A DNA stretch of 64,000 nucleotides from Malacoraja senta (lineage: Eukaryota), in assembly GCA_038087875.1 (NCBI GenBank), contig CM075995.1, forward strand, positions 2,358,001 to 2,422,000. The letters run 5' to 3'. The position numbers were made by a program, and so were the translations under genes. This document shows positions 12,839 through 26,610 of the stretch, piece by piece. Below the pieces are notes generated by a model, which ran no database searches, was not told the DNA's origin, and saw only the letters and a program-made list of their open reading frames with translations. How positions within the stretch are numbered: position 1 is the first letter of the stretch; each line of letters opens with the position of its first letter.

Positions 12839-13393
12839 ACTTACTTATTTACTGCCTATTATGCCTCCTGGCATGTAGGGCAGCAACGAAGGTCCTCCAC
12901 TCCTGTCTGTTCTGGGCTAGCTTCTGGACACTACCCCAGGTCAGGTCCATTGTTTTCATTTCCTCCTCTACAGTTCGACGCCAGGTGGTTTTGGGTCTCC
13001 CTCTTTTCCTTTTCCCTTCAGGTGTCCAGTGCAGGGCGCTATTCTTGGATGCTGTCTGGTTCACTTCCCAGTATATGGCCAATCCAGTTATTTCACCATT
13101 GACATTCATCCTAGCATCTGTCGATAGCTCTGGAAGTCCGTCACACCCAGTAATGTTGATTCCTTCAGTTGCTGTTTCCGTAACATGTTTGTTTTACGAG
13201 ACAGGGTTGTTAGCCCTGTGCTCAACCTCCAACCTGGAGGACCAGTGGATTGCTCTTCGTCTCGCCTCTACCCTTCGCCCTGTCCAGCATGGGAGACCTG
13301 AACAGGAGAGGAATCTCCCGCTGGCATAGCTCTAGGGGTCACTGAGACACACCAGCTCCCCGACCACGACAAGGTTGCAATCCAATGGGGAGC
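12839..13393 (-). mobile_element. Internally deleted RTE-clade non-LTR element (5' UTR fused to the ORF C-terminus)
   Basis: C-terminal peptide ALHWTPEGKRKRGRPKTTWRRTVEEE...AQNRQEWRTFVAAL and a (taag)n tail. RTE-like 5' leader gcaaccttgtcgtgg...agagctatgcc. Imperfect TSD atgtttct(ttg)aaacgt. Confidence 0.85.
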
Positions 13394-15214
13394 ATGTTTC
13401 TTTGAAACGTCACCCATTCCTTTTCTCCAGAGACGCTGACTGACCCACTGAGTTACTCCAGCTTTTTGTGTCTATCTTCCCAGATCCAATGTTACTTCAG
13501 CAGGTTAACTCTCAGTGTAGACACTGGGGCCACGATGCTCCCTCCCCGTCTGTTTCAACTCGAACAACAAGTGGCCCACTGCTTGTTCTGTTAGTGGATG
13601 CCTCAGATATATCAGCAGAACACTCTGGTCTACGACCACCCTTCTCCTCCAGTGGTGTGATGTGACAGGAAATAGATGAATGAAAACACTGACGTCTGGC
13701 AGATTTAAACCAAGATTGGAGCGCACGGTGGCGCAGTGGGTTTTGAGTAACTGCGTGGGTTTCTCCTCCCACACTCCAAAGATGTACAGGTTTGTAGGTT
13801 TTAATTTGCTTCTGTAAATTGTCCCGTGTGTGTAGGATAGTGCTAGGGTTCGGGGATCGCTGGCCAGCTCCGACGTGGTAAGCTGAAGATCCAGTTTCCG
13901 TGCTGTATCTCTAAACTAAAAACTAGACAGGCAAGTATCTGGATAAATCTCTGGGATACCATTTGCTTTCTGTCATGCTGAGCTCATGTAGAACTGTGCT
14001 ACTTGCATTCTACCTTAGCTGTTCATTCATCCTCATTGATTTAACATAGAACATATAACATGGAATAAGAACAGGCCATTCGGCCCACAATGTCAGTCCG
14101 AACATGATGCCAAGACTAACTCTTATCTGCCTCATCACCCATAACTCATAACCCATAGCCCTCCATTCCCTGCATATTCACAGATTCATAGATTCATGGA
14201 GACATACAGAGAGAGATTTTATTGTCATATGTCCCGGATGGGACAATAAAATTCTTACTTGCTGCAGCTCAACAGAATATGTGAATATGTAAACATTGTA
14301 TACAATGGGAAAAAAAGTTCAATAAAAAAGTTCAATAAATAACAAATATAGTACAAATAACAAATAATAATATTGTCTTTTGTAGTTCGGAGCTCATAGC
14401 TTATTCGTTGTGTTTAATAGCCTGATGGCTGTGGGGAAGGAGCTGTTCCTGAACCTGGACGTTACAGCCTTCAGGCTGTACCTTCTTCCTGATAGACAGC
14501 AGTGAGATAAGTGTGTGGCCAGGATGGTGTGGGTCCTTGATTATTTTGGCTGCCTTTTTGAGGCAGCGACTACGATAGATGGTGGAAACAGGCCCTTGGG
14601 CCCAACTTGCCCACATCGACCAACATGTCCCAGCTACACTAGTCCCACCTGCTTGCATTTAGCCCATATCCTTCTAAACCTGTCCTATCCATGTACCTGT
14701 TTAATTGTTTTTTTAAATGTTGCAATAGTCCCAGCCTGAACTACCTCCTCTGGCAGCTGGTTCCATACATGCACCACTCTTTGTGTGAAAAGGTTACCCA
14801 TCAGATTCCTATATAATCTTATCCCCTTCACCTTAAACAAAATGTCCTCTGGTCCTCGATTCCCCTATCTTTGTCAAGAAACTCTGTGCATCTCCCCGAT
14901 CTATTCTACGCATGATTTTATACACCTTTGTGCCTGTCCAAAAGCCTTTTAAATGCCACTAATGTACCTGTTTTATCCACCACCCCCTGCACCCCCCTCA
15001 GACAATCAAGGCTCTCTGCATAAACAATTTGACCAGCACATCTCATCTTAAATCTATGCCCTCTAGTATTTGACATTTCCATCCTGCGTAAAAGATTCTG
15101 ACTGTCTACCCCATCTATACCTCTGATGATTATATATCCTCCTATCAGGTCTCCCCGCAACCTCCAGCAACCAACCCACATTGACCCACATTGTAATTTC
15201 AAGTTTTTCTGTGA

Positions 15215-16135
15215 TCTTCAGGGAACGGGGTTTCCCCTCCCATACCATAGATCAGGCTCTCACCAGGGTCTCTTCAATACCCCGCAACACTGCTCTCTCT
15301 CCCCATCCCCCCAATCGGACAAGGGCAGAGTCCCCCTAGTCCTCACCTTCCACCCCACCAGCCGTCACATACAACAAATAGTCCTCCGTCATTTTCGCAC
15401 CTCCAACATGACCCCACCACTCGCCACATCTTCCCATCTCCCCCCTGTCTGCTTTCCGCAAAGACCGCTCCCTCCGTAACTCCCTTGTCAATTCTTCCCT
15501 TCCCTCCAGCACTACCCCCTCCCCGGGCACGTTCCCTTGCAACCGCAAGAGATGCTACACTTGTCGCTTTACCTCCCCCCTCGACTCCATTCAAGGACCC
15601 AAGCAGTCGTTCCAGGTGCGACAGAGGTTCACTTGCATCTCCTCCAACCTCATCTATTGCATCCGCTGCTCTAGATGTCAGCTGATCTACATCGGTGAGA
15701 CCAAGCGTAGGCTTGGCGATCGTTTCGCCGAACACCTCCGCTCGGTTCGCAATAACCAACCTGACCTCCCTGTGGCTCAGCACTTCAACTCCCCCTCCTA
15801 TTCCGAATCCGACCTTTCTGTCCTGGGCCTGCTCCATTGCCAGAGTGCGCAACACAGGAAACTGGAGGAGCAGCACCTCATATTCCGCTTGGGCAGTCTG
15901 CATCCCGGTGGCCTGAACATTGACTTCTCCAATTTCCGGTAGCTCTTGCTGTCTCCTCCCCTTCTCAGCTCTCCCTCAGCCCTCTGGCTCCTCCTCTTAC
16001 TTTCTTCTTCCCGCCCCCCCCCCCCCCACCCTGCATCAGTATGAAGGAGGGTTTTGGCCCGAAACGTTGCCTATTTCCTTCGCTCCATAGATGCTGCCGC
16101 ACCCGCTGAATTTCTCCAGCAATTTTGTCTACCTT
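15215..16135 (+). mobile_element. Penelope-like retroelement 3' part with a GIY-YIG endonuclease frame (15616-15942)
   Basis: RVPLVLTFHP upstream; NLIYCIRCSRCQLIYIGETKRRLGDRFAEH...EQHLIFRLGSLHPGGLN; terminal module follows. Confidence 0.92.
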
Positions 16136-16506
16136 CTCTGTGATCTTGTCACTCTGCAGTAATTTCTTGAACTCTGGACTCTTCCTGATAAAATCGAACC
16201 ACGATGGTGGTGAATCTGTGGAATTCATTGCCACGGGTGGCTGTGTGGATTTTTAAGATGGACTTCGTCAAATTCTTGATTAGTAAGGGTGTCAGGGGTT
16301 ATTGGGAGAAGGCAGGAGAATGGGGTTGAGAGGGAAAGATAAATCAGCTCTGATTGAATGGCGGACTAGACTTGATGGGCCTAATGGCCTAATTCTGCTC
16401 CTATAATTTATGATTTTATGTGTGTTTAGATTGAAGCAGCTTTTATTTTACTTTTGTCATTGTCGTAAACTAATTCAGCGTCAAGTTAACATTAGTATCC
16501 GATGTA

Positions 16507-17250
16507 GTTCAGTTTAGTTTATTGTTACGTGCACCGAGGTACAGTGAAAAGCTTTTGTTGCCTGCTAACAAGTTAGCGGAAAGACAATACATGATTACAA
16601 TCGATCCGTCCACAGTGTATAGATATGTGATAAAGGGAATAGCGTGAATAACATTTAGGGCAAGACAAAGCCAGTAAAGTCAGATCAAAGATAGTCCAAG
16701 GGTCTCCAATGAGGTAGATTCAGGACTGCTCTCTGGTTGTGGTAGGATGATTCAGTTGCCTGATAACAGCTGGGAAGAAACTGTCCCTGAATCTGGTGGT
16801 GTGCGTTTTGACACTTCTATACCTTTTGCCCGGTGGGAGATGGGAGAAGAGGGAGTGGCCACAGTACGACTCACCCTTAATTATGCTGCTGGCCTTGCCG
16901 AGGCAGCGTGAGGTATAAATGGAGTCAATGGAAGGGAGGTTGGTTTGTGTGATGGGCTGGGCTGCGTCCACAATTCGCTGCAATTTCTTGCGGTCTTGGA
17001 TGGAGCTGTTCCCAAACCAAGCAGTGATGCATCCTGATAAAATGCTTTCTGTGGTGCATCTGTAGATGATGGTGAGAGTTGTAGGGGACACGCCAAATCT
17101 AAGGAAGTAGAGGCATTGGTGGGCTTTCTTGGCCATTGCTTCAATATGGGTAGTCCAGGAGAAGTTGTTGGGTGATATTGACTCCTAGGAATTTGAAGAA
17201 GCTTTCAACCATCTATAGTTTGACACCGTCAATGCAAACTGGGGTGGGTG
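16507..17250 (-). mobile_element. Rex/Babar-type LINE 3' fragment
   Basis: KKAHQCLYFLR...TESILSGCITAWFGNSSIQDRKKLQRIV...RFRDSFFP and an (aaact)n tail. Confidence 0.8.
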
Positions 17251-20200
17251 AGGTAGCCGATGAATCACTCCAAGTCTTGATTGAGAGTATATGTTGTGTG
17301 TTTAGAATGAAGCAGCTTTCATTTTACTTATTTTTGATTGTCATGAACTAATTTAGCGTCAAGTTAACATTAGTTTCTGCTGCACTCGTGAGTTTAATAT
17401 AATCTGCCTGGGAAAGAAGCATAATTAGGTTAGGTTAGTCATTCTTGGGGGGGGGGGGAAAGGATGAGACAGCTACTACACTTAAATGTCGTCTGCGATT
17501 CATGGCACAGTGCTAAAAGAGAAAGATAGAAACATAGCCATCGTAATGTCTGAGAAAAAAGGCTTTGGCAATGGCTCTGCCACATTGCAATGATGTGCCG
17601 TCATTCAGGGCTGACATCTTTGGATGTTATTATTCTGATTGATGCAATGGGAATGTAATTCGCATCAGCACTACAGATGGGTACTGAGAAGAGGAGCAGA
17701 TGCATTGTAGCTAATCAGACAGGGACTCACTCAGCAGGATCTCTTCGATCCACACTGCGATACAGACCGCATTCATATTCATACAGCCCGTTTTAATTAC
17801 ACACTGTTCCTCCCTCCTTTGTTTCATCTGAGATCAAATGTTATTTCTTTATTTTAGTTCAGTTTAGAGATACAGTGCGTAAACTGGCCCTTCGGCCCAC
17901 CGAGTCCGCGCCGACCAGCGATCCCCGCACATTAGCACTATCCTACACACACTTGGGCTAACGTTATTCCCTTATCATGTATCTGTACACTGTAAATGGA
18001 TTGATTGTAATCTTGTACAGTCCTTCTGCTGACTGGGATAGCACGCAACCAAAGCTTTTCACTGTACCTCGGTACACGTGACATCAAACTAAACTGATGA
18101 TAAACTAAACTGAATTTATATTCACACCAAGCCAATTTACCTACAAACCTGTACGTCTTTGGAGTGTGGGAGGAAACCGAAGATCTCAGAGAAAACCCAC
18201 GCAGTTCAAGGGGGGAACGTACAGACTCCGTACAGACAGCACCTGTAGTCAGGATCGAACCCGAGTCTCTGATGGTGTAAGGCAGCAACTCTACCGCTGT
18301 GCTGCCATGCAGTGTAGTTATTGTATACTTTCCTATCTTAATCTCCTCGTGGTGCAATAACGCACATTTTAAATAATTTATCATTTCTTTATCCTACCCT
18401 ATGCTTATGAGAATTAAATTCATTCCGCAAAGAATGGTGAATTATACATCAGTTGAAGCATTATTAAATGTCTGTAATACAAGTGATATAAACTGATACT
18501 CGTTAGTTACATTTTCCAAAGCCATGGTGATAACATTTCAACATAAAAGCCTTTGGCATGGTCATTTTCAATCACCTTATGTGAGCAGAATTTAAATTGA
18601 AATATAACCATGCTTTCGATGTGCAGGAACAATCAATTCATCTGAGTCCTGTCTCACTCTGTGAAATCAAGGCTTGAATTCACAGTTAGATTTAGCTGCA
18701 CAATACAGCTTATCACATAAAGCTTAACATTTCTCTCCTAACATGTTGCAATCCAGACAGCAATTTGGGAACAATAGCCAAAAAAAAAAACCATGCAAAT
18801 GTTCAGCAGGTCTAAAAGCATCTAACAGCACGTAGAAAGGAAATGATTAGGAATTTCTTTAGTGAGTGGGTGGTGAATTTGTGGAATTCATTGCCGCAGA
18901 AGGCTGTGGAGGCCAAGTCAATGGATATTTTTAAGGCGGAGATAGATAGTAACGGTGTCAGGGGTTACGGGGAGAAGGCAGTAGAAGGGGGTTGAAAGTG
19001 AACGATAGATCAGCCATGATTGAACGGCGGAGCAGACCTAATGGGCCGAACGGCCTCATCCTGTTCCCATAACCTATGAACTTATGAGCATCCGCATGGA
19101 GAAAAACAGAGACAGAGGGCAGTTGTGGAATGGTGTTATTCTGGCTGTTGGAGTTGGTTAGTAAGTTTGCAGACAACAACAAAAATCGGTTGAGTTGCGG
19201 ACAGTGGTGAAGGCTGACAAAGGATGCAGCATGATAAAGGTCAGTTACATTAACGAGCAGAGAAATGCCGTTCAATCCGGGCAAGTGTGAGGTGTTGCAC
19301 TTTAAGAGGTCGAACCTAAGAGAAAAGTATGCAGTTAATGGCGAGACCCTTAACATCATTGATGTGCAGAGGGATTTTGGAGTCCGAGTCACGGCTCTCT
19401 GAAAGTGGCAACACAGGGAGATGGAGTGGTAAAGAAGATACTAGGTATGCCTGCCTTCATTGATCGGGGCACCGAGTATCAGAGTCAGGAAATCATATTG
19501 CAGCTTTATAGTCGGGCTGCCCCTGGAGTATTGAGCGCCATTCTGCTTGCTGCGATACAGGAAGGATGTGGAGGTTTCAGAGAAGGCACAGAAGAGATTT
19601 AACAGCATACTGTTTGGATTAGAGGATATTAGGTATAAGGTGAAGTCGGACAGAGGATTTTCGTCTCTGGAGGGTCTCAGGTTGACGGGAGACCTGATAG
19701 AATTCTGTTACGCACGTACAAAGACCCGCAGCCCAATATCTATATCGCAGCAAGAAGGGTCTTGACCCAAAACCCCACCCATTCCTTCTCTCCAGAGATG
19801 CTGCTTGACCCGCTGAGTTACTCCAGCATTTTGTGTCTACCTTCGATTTTACCAGCATCTGCAGTTCTTTCTTACTTCTTGTTCCTTTGTTATAGAGTCA
19901 TGGGGTTGTACAGCAAGGAAAATGTTTATTTGGTTGGCATGGGCAAGTTGGGCTGAATGGCTTGTTTCCATGCTCATTAGGTCATGTGATAGGAGTAGAA
20001 TTAGGCCATTCAATCATGACTGATCTATCTCTCCCTCCTAACCCCATTCTCCTGCCTTCTCCCCATAACCCCTGACACCTGTACTAATCATGCTGTATCT
20101 CTATGATTCTCCAGTAGAGTCATGTACATAGGAAGGGAATTCCTTGAGGAAACCTTCCTGGATGCAATTAACAAATTTCTGCCTCGTTCAAACCCTTTGC

Positions 20201-20401
20201 ACTTTGGCAATTTCAGTCAATATGAGGGAAGTTGAAGTCATCAACTATTACAACCCTATTAATCTTATTGCTATCTGCAATTTCCCCTAATATTTGCTTT
20301 TCTAATTCCCCCTCACTATTGAACTGCAGCCAAATTAGACCATTAGACAAATTCTACAATTGCTCAGAAACAGATTAAAAAAAAGATCTTTAAAGATGAA
20401 G

Positions 20402-20940
20402 TTATAGAAGATGTTGGTGAGGCCGCATTTGCAGTATTGTGTTCTGTTCTGGGCACCATTTTACAGGAAAGGTGTTGCCAAGTTGGAAAGGGTACCGAGG
20501 ATGTTGCCAGGACTCGAGGGTCTGAGCTAGAGGGAGAGGTTGAGCAGGCTGGGAATCTATTCCTTGGAGCGCGGGGGGATGAGGGGTGATCTTATAGAAA
20601 GGTATAAAATCATGAGAGGAATGGATCAGGTAGGCGCACAGAGTCTCTTGTCCAGAGTAGGGGGATTGAGAACCAGAAGACATAACTTTAAGGTGAGGGG
20701 GGGAAAAAGAATTAATAGGAATCTGAGGGGTGACTTTTTCACACAAAGGGTGGTGGGTGTATGGAACGAGCTGTCAGAGGTAGTCAAGGCAGGGACTGTT
20801 GCAACGTTTAAGAAACAATTAGACAAGTACATTGATAGGACAAGATTCGAGGGATATGGTCCGAACGCAGGCAGGTGGGACATGTTGGTCGGTGTGGGGA
20901 AGTTGGGCGGGAGGGCCTGTTTCCACGCTGTTTGACTCGA
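20402..20940 (+). mobile_element. CR1 LINE 3' fragment
   Basis: RGDLIERYKIM...FFTQRVVGVWNEL C-terminal ORF2 motifs. Confidence 0.85.
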
Positions 20941-22012
20941 TGAAATGTTTTCATGCTCAGATTGAAACAGGATCTAATAAGAAAGCCTGTCACCATTTTG
21001 CTACTCTGTTGCCTGGAGCACCATTTTAATTTCCCCGTGAATTTACGTTTGTAAAGGCTGAAAAACTGATACGATTAGCAGAGTGTCACATGCTCCGTAT
21101 TTTTAGAAAACCATTTCAAAGACTATTCTGAAATAACTTCAATGTACCGTGGCGATGAGCGCTGGCGCATTTTATCAATGTGCTTGAAACATGTGGATAG
21201 TACAAACAATTGCTGAGATACCTCCAATACCTTGGTACTAAAAAAAAGCCCACAGGTGAGGCGTCAAGTGAGGCATGGATGGCCAGGACAAGATTGGAGA
21301 AGTTGACTACTACAAACACCTTCAGCGGCACACTTACAGGTTATTAGTTTTGATCTGGGAGAAGTATAGTTTTCAAACTTCTGCTGACGCTCCTAAATGA
21401 TGACTGTGCTTGGTGTTATCAATGCTGAAATATCTCTTAGGAGGCTTTTAGTTTAGATTAGTTTAGAGATACAGCGCGGAAACAGGGCCTTCGGCCCACC
21501 GAGTCCGCGCCGCCGACCAGCGATCCCCGCACATTAACACCATCCTACACGCACTAGGGATAATTTACATTTACACCAAGCCAATTAACCTACAAACCTG
21601 TACGTCTATGGAGTGTGGGAGGAAACCGAAGATCTCGAGGAAAACCTACGCCGGTCACAGGGAGAACGTACAAACTCCGTACAAACTTGGCTTTGAAAAA
21701 TACATTTAATTTAGTGACCAGTGAGGTTCTCCTGGTTCAGAATTGTTAAATTGTGTCAATGTGACAGAGCCTATTACGGAAAAGCACATGTGAAAGAGAA
21801 TTAATTTTAAACCGTGAAAATATAATTGCCTCTCTTGACTGCGTTTATGGCTTTGGGCTGGGGGGATTCTGTGTAAAAGCTATGGTGTGACACCACGTTA
21901 CTTTCATGCAGAACATTTAGATAAGATATTGGCTTCTTGCAGGAACAGTGACAACTGTACTATCCACAATTATAGGGCGGCACAGTGGCTCAGCGGTGGA
22001 GTTACTGCCTTA

Positions 22013-22319
22013 AGGGCCTGTCCCACCGTACGAGGTAATTCAAGAGCTCTCCCGAGTTTAAAAAAAAATCAAACTCGTGGTAAGCACGTAGAATGTACGT
22101 AGCGGGTACGTTGGAGCTCGGGAAATCTCTTAGCGGCTCGTAACGCTAACGGCAGGTACTCGGGAAACGCGGTAAGCTCGTGAAGATTTTTCAACATGTT
22201 GAAAAATGTCCACGAGAGCCCCGACTACCTATGAGCGGCTATTACCGTAATTCTCCGAGTTCGAATCAGGGGAAACTCGGGAGAACTCTTGAATTAGCTC
22301 GTACAGTGGGACAGCCCCA
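22013..22319. mobile_element. PIF/Harbinger-type MITE inserted in a SINE head (SINE ~21975-22560, plus strand)
   Basis: TIR AGGGCCTGTCCCAC...GTGGGACAGCCCCA with tta/tca flanks; the SINE resumes (cagcaccagagaccc) after it. Confidence 0.88.
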
Positions 22320-24219
22320 TCACAGCACCAGAGACCCAGGTTTGATCTTAACGATGGGTGCTGTCTGTACAGAGTTTGTATGGTTTCCCTGTGATCATGT
22401 GGGTTTTCTCTGGGTGCTCCGGTTTCCTCCCACACTCAAAAGACGTGCAGGTTTGTAGGTTAAATGGCTTGGTTGTGCTAGTGTACGGGGTGATCACTAG
22501 TCAGCGTTGGACTCGATGGGTCAAAGGACCTGTTTCCGTGCTGTATCTCTAAAGTCTAAAGACAATGACTGACTCATGTACAGCTAGGAGTTTCAACCCA
22601 AAGCAAAAGCTTTCATCGTGAAAATTAAAGTAACAGACACCAAAAAGGTTACATGTCAATAAGAAGCCAAGCAGTGGCCCAGCTTGGGAGAGCAGCTGCC
22701 TCACAGCGTCAGAGACCCTGGGGTTCAATCCTGACCTCGGGTGCTGTCTGTGTGGAGTTTGCACATTCTCCCTGTGAGCAGGTGGGTTTCCTCCGGGTGC
22801 TCCAGTTTCCTCCCACATCCCAAAGATGTGCGGGTTTGTACGTTAATTGGCCTCTGTAAATTGCCCCTAGTGTGTATCAAGTGGATGGGAAAGTGTGAAC
22901 ACAGAACTAGTGTGAACAATGGTTGGATATCGACTCGGTGGACTGAGGGGCCTGTTTCCACGCTGTTTCTCTAAACTAAACCAAGCCATTGATTTAACTT
23001 TCATTGCTTCCAGATTTTCTTTGAGGCATGGCAATGAATCTGTTTGCCTGTATTTGAAACAGTTGGCTTTTCTGCTTGGATTTCATGGGCCTGGGTATCC
23101 AGGATGGTCTTCAGCTGCCAAGATCTGAGCTCTGGAATTCCCTCCCTAAACCTTTCCTCCTCCCTAGATTCTGCTAAAATGTTTTATTTGTGGGTGGCAC
23201 AGCGGTAGAGTTGCTGCCTTACAGCGCCAGGGACCCGGGTTCGATCCTGACTACGGGTGCTTGGCTGTATGGAGTTTGTACGTTCTCCCTGTGACCTGCG
23301 TGGGTTTTTTCTGAGATCTTCGATTTCCTCCCACACTCCAATGACGTACAGGTTTGTAAGTTAATTGGCTTGGAATAAACATAAAATGTGCAATGATGGC
23401 TGGTCAGCGCAGACTCGGTGGGCCGAAGGGCCTGTTTCCACACTATCTCTGAACTGAGTAAGTAAGTAAGTTTATTGGCCAAGTATTCACATACAAGGAA
23501 TTTGCCTTGGTGCTCCGCCCATAAGTAACAACATGACATACAGTGACAGTTACGAATGACTCAGAAAACACTAAACATTAATAATAATAAGACATTAATG
23601 ATAAAACACCATTGATCAAGCAGATGGTTACAAAAAATATATTGGCAATTATGAACAAAATTATATTAATATGCCACAACCCCACTTGCTCCTCTAATTT
23701 TCTAATTGTTTCCATAAAGTACATAATTATAGGAGCGATAAACTAAACAATAGGGCTGCAAAAGGTTTATTGTGCTGTAAGTTCAGGAAACTAACAGCCA
23801 TTATTACACTTAATGCTGTAAAAGGAATTTGTATTATTATTTTCCCCATTTACTTGCTTACCTTCCCTCACTTTGACCACAGTTCACCACAATTCCCCTG
23901 CCTCAGTCCACTTACGCCTTTAGGAATATCATTCAACTCTTTTATATTGCTGACTCTGTGATGAATTTTCTTCTTTTTTTATAAACTTTTATTTAACAAA
24001 AGGGCTACAGGCTGAAGGGTTGAATGGGATAGTTCCATCAGAGAACCAAATTTAGAGTTTAGAAGGATGAGGGAGACCTCATTGAAACGTACCGAATAGT
24101 GAAAGGCCTGGATAGAGTGAATGTGGAGAGGATGATTCCACTAGTGGGAGATTCTAGGAGATGAGTCAGAGTTAGATGAATCTGCGGAATGCATTGCCAC
24201 AGATGGTTGTGGAGGCTAA

Positions 24220-24790
24220 AGGGCCTGTCCCACTTGGGCGTCATTGCGAGTCATTTACGCGACATCCTAAAAATTGGTTGGCGCGTGGTGAGGCGTGGTG
24301 ATGTATTCAGTGAGGCGCGGTAACGCGCGGTGCCCCAGGATTTTGGAATGCTCAAAATCCTCGCGTGCCACCTGCGTGATGTATCCCTTACGCACGCTGA
24401 CGTACCGACGGTGTACGTGTAGCGCGTGGTGACGCATGGTTACGCACGGTGACGCACGAACATTGCCTATGCTAATTTATTATGCATCACCGTGCATCAA
24501 CGTCCGTAACCCAGCGCCGCCCGTACGCCGTCGACGTGCCATTTGCGCGTTATTTGAGCGCCGCACTGCATGACCACCCGGGTATAAAGCGCTCGTAGTT
24601 TGGGAAAAATTTCACTGGGAAAATCCTTGCCACAGAGATCGGACTAAGTACGAACGACATCTCAAATGGCTCCCAAAAGAAGCAGGGCCCTCAGGAGCAC
24701 TTGGCGCGCGACTGTCGTACTTCTAGACGATTTTCGCGCGATGGTCACGTGTAAATGACGTGCAAATGACGCCCAAATGGGACAGGCCCT
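24220..24790. mobile_element. PIF/Harbinger-type MITE, CpG-rich, inserted in a CR1 3' fragment
   Basis: Perfect TAA TSD and TIR AGGGCCTGTCCCA(C/T)TTGGGCGTCATT. Confidence 0.92.
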
Positions 24791-25199
24791 TAAGTCAACG
24801 GCTATTTTTAAGACAGAGGATGATAGATTCTTGAGTAGTACAGGTGTCAGGGGTTAAGGGGTGAAGGCAGAGGAATGGAGTTGAAGGCAGAGGAATGGAG
24901 TTGAGAGGGAAAGATAGATCAGCCAGGATACGCATCTTCATTTGTAAATTTTAACTCACAATTCAGGAGGATTTAATGACTTAAGACAAACTTCATGGCA
25001 ATTTTAATTCTTCTTTTTCACAATTCTATCCATTAATTTTGTTTTAAAACATGTTACTGTCAGCAAATCCTAAACTAATTGGGAGCTGTTAAAGTAAGAC
25101 AGCAACTCTACCGCTGCGCCACCGTGCTGCCCACGATATATTAACTGAAGTGGTTTGAGGTCTTTTCACATCAGGGTCATGGAAGTGTGCTGAATGGTA

Positions 25200-26297
25200 C
25201 CATATATGACTGTATAGAAAGCTTTCAGGGAACGGGGGTTCCCTTCTTCTACTATAGATGAGGCTCTCACCAGGGTCTCCTCTATATCCCGCAGCTCCAC
25301 TCTCACTCCCCATCCCCCTACTCGTAACAAGGCCAGAGTCCCCCTTGTCCTCACCTTCCACCCTAACAGCCATCGCATACAACATATAATCCTCCGACAT
25401 TTTCGCCACCTCCAAAGGGATCCCAACACTGGCCACATCCTTCCATCTCTCCCCCTTTCTGCTTTCCGCAGAGATCGCTCCCTCCGTAATTCCGTCAATT
25501 CGTCCCTTATCACCCAAACCACACCCTCCCCATGTACTTTCCCCTGCAACCGCAGGAAATGCTTGTCGTTTTACCTCCCCCCTCGACTCCATCCAAGGAC
25601 CCTTTCCAGGTGGGGCAAAGGTTCACCTGCACCTCCTCCAACCTCATCTATTGCATCCGCTGTTCCAGGTGAAACCAAGCGCAGGCTTGGCGATCGCTTC
25701 TCCCAACACCTCCGCTCAGTTCGCAACAACCAACCTGATCTCCCGGTCGCTCAGCACTTCAACTCCACCCTCCCATTCCGAATCTGACCTTTCTGTCCTG
25801 GGCCTCCTCCATGGCCAGAGTGAGTCCCACCGCATATTGGAGGAACTTGGGTAGTTAGATAGAGCTCTTCAAGAGAGTTAGATAGAGCTCTTAAAGAGAG
25901 CGGAGTCAGGGGATATGGCGAGAAGGCAGGAATGGGGGGGTACTGATTGTGGATGATCAGGCATGATCATATTGAATGGCGGTGCTCGCTCGAAGGGCCG
26001 AATGGCCTACTCCTGCACCTTTGTCTATAGTTTACACCCGAGCAGTATGAACATTGACCTCCAATTTCAGGTAGCCCTTGCTTTCTCCCTCCTTCCCCTC
26101 CCCTTTCCAGCTCTCCCACAGCCTACTGTCTACGCCTCTTCCTTTCTTTTTCCAACCCCCCTCACCCCCGACATCAGTCAGAAGTAGGGCCTCAACCCTA
26201 TTCCTTCGCTCCATAGATGCTGCCTCACCCGCTGAGTTTCTCCAGCTTTTTTTTCCTACCTTCGATTTTTCCAGCATCTGGAGTTTTTTCTTGAACA
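25200..26297 (+). mobile_element. Degenerate Penelope-like element with a nested CR1 tail (~25853-26028)
   Basis: GETKRRLGDRFSQHLRSVRNNQPDLPVAQHFN; homologous to 15215-16135. Confidence 0.88.
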
Positions 26298-26610
26298 GGT
26301 GATAGACATTTATCAGTTTATTCCATTGCTGGAGTCTTGCTGTAAACAAAAGGGGAAGACTTGTCATAGCTTCTATTTGAGTTTGTAGTTTGGAAGTGAC
26401 TCAGTTTACTTGGGACTTGCTTGTTCTCCCATTAACAGAGTTTCATCAAGTTAACAGAATGTCAATTATCCATATGCAATGTTTTGAGACTGACAGACAG
26501 CACCCGTAGTCAGGATCAAACCAGGGAGTCTGGCACTGTAAAGCTGCAACTCTACCGCTGCGCCACCATGGTGCCTGCCACATATTCCAAGAAAGGGAAA
26601 TAAGTGCATA

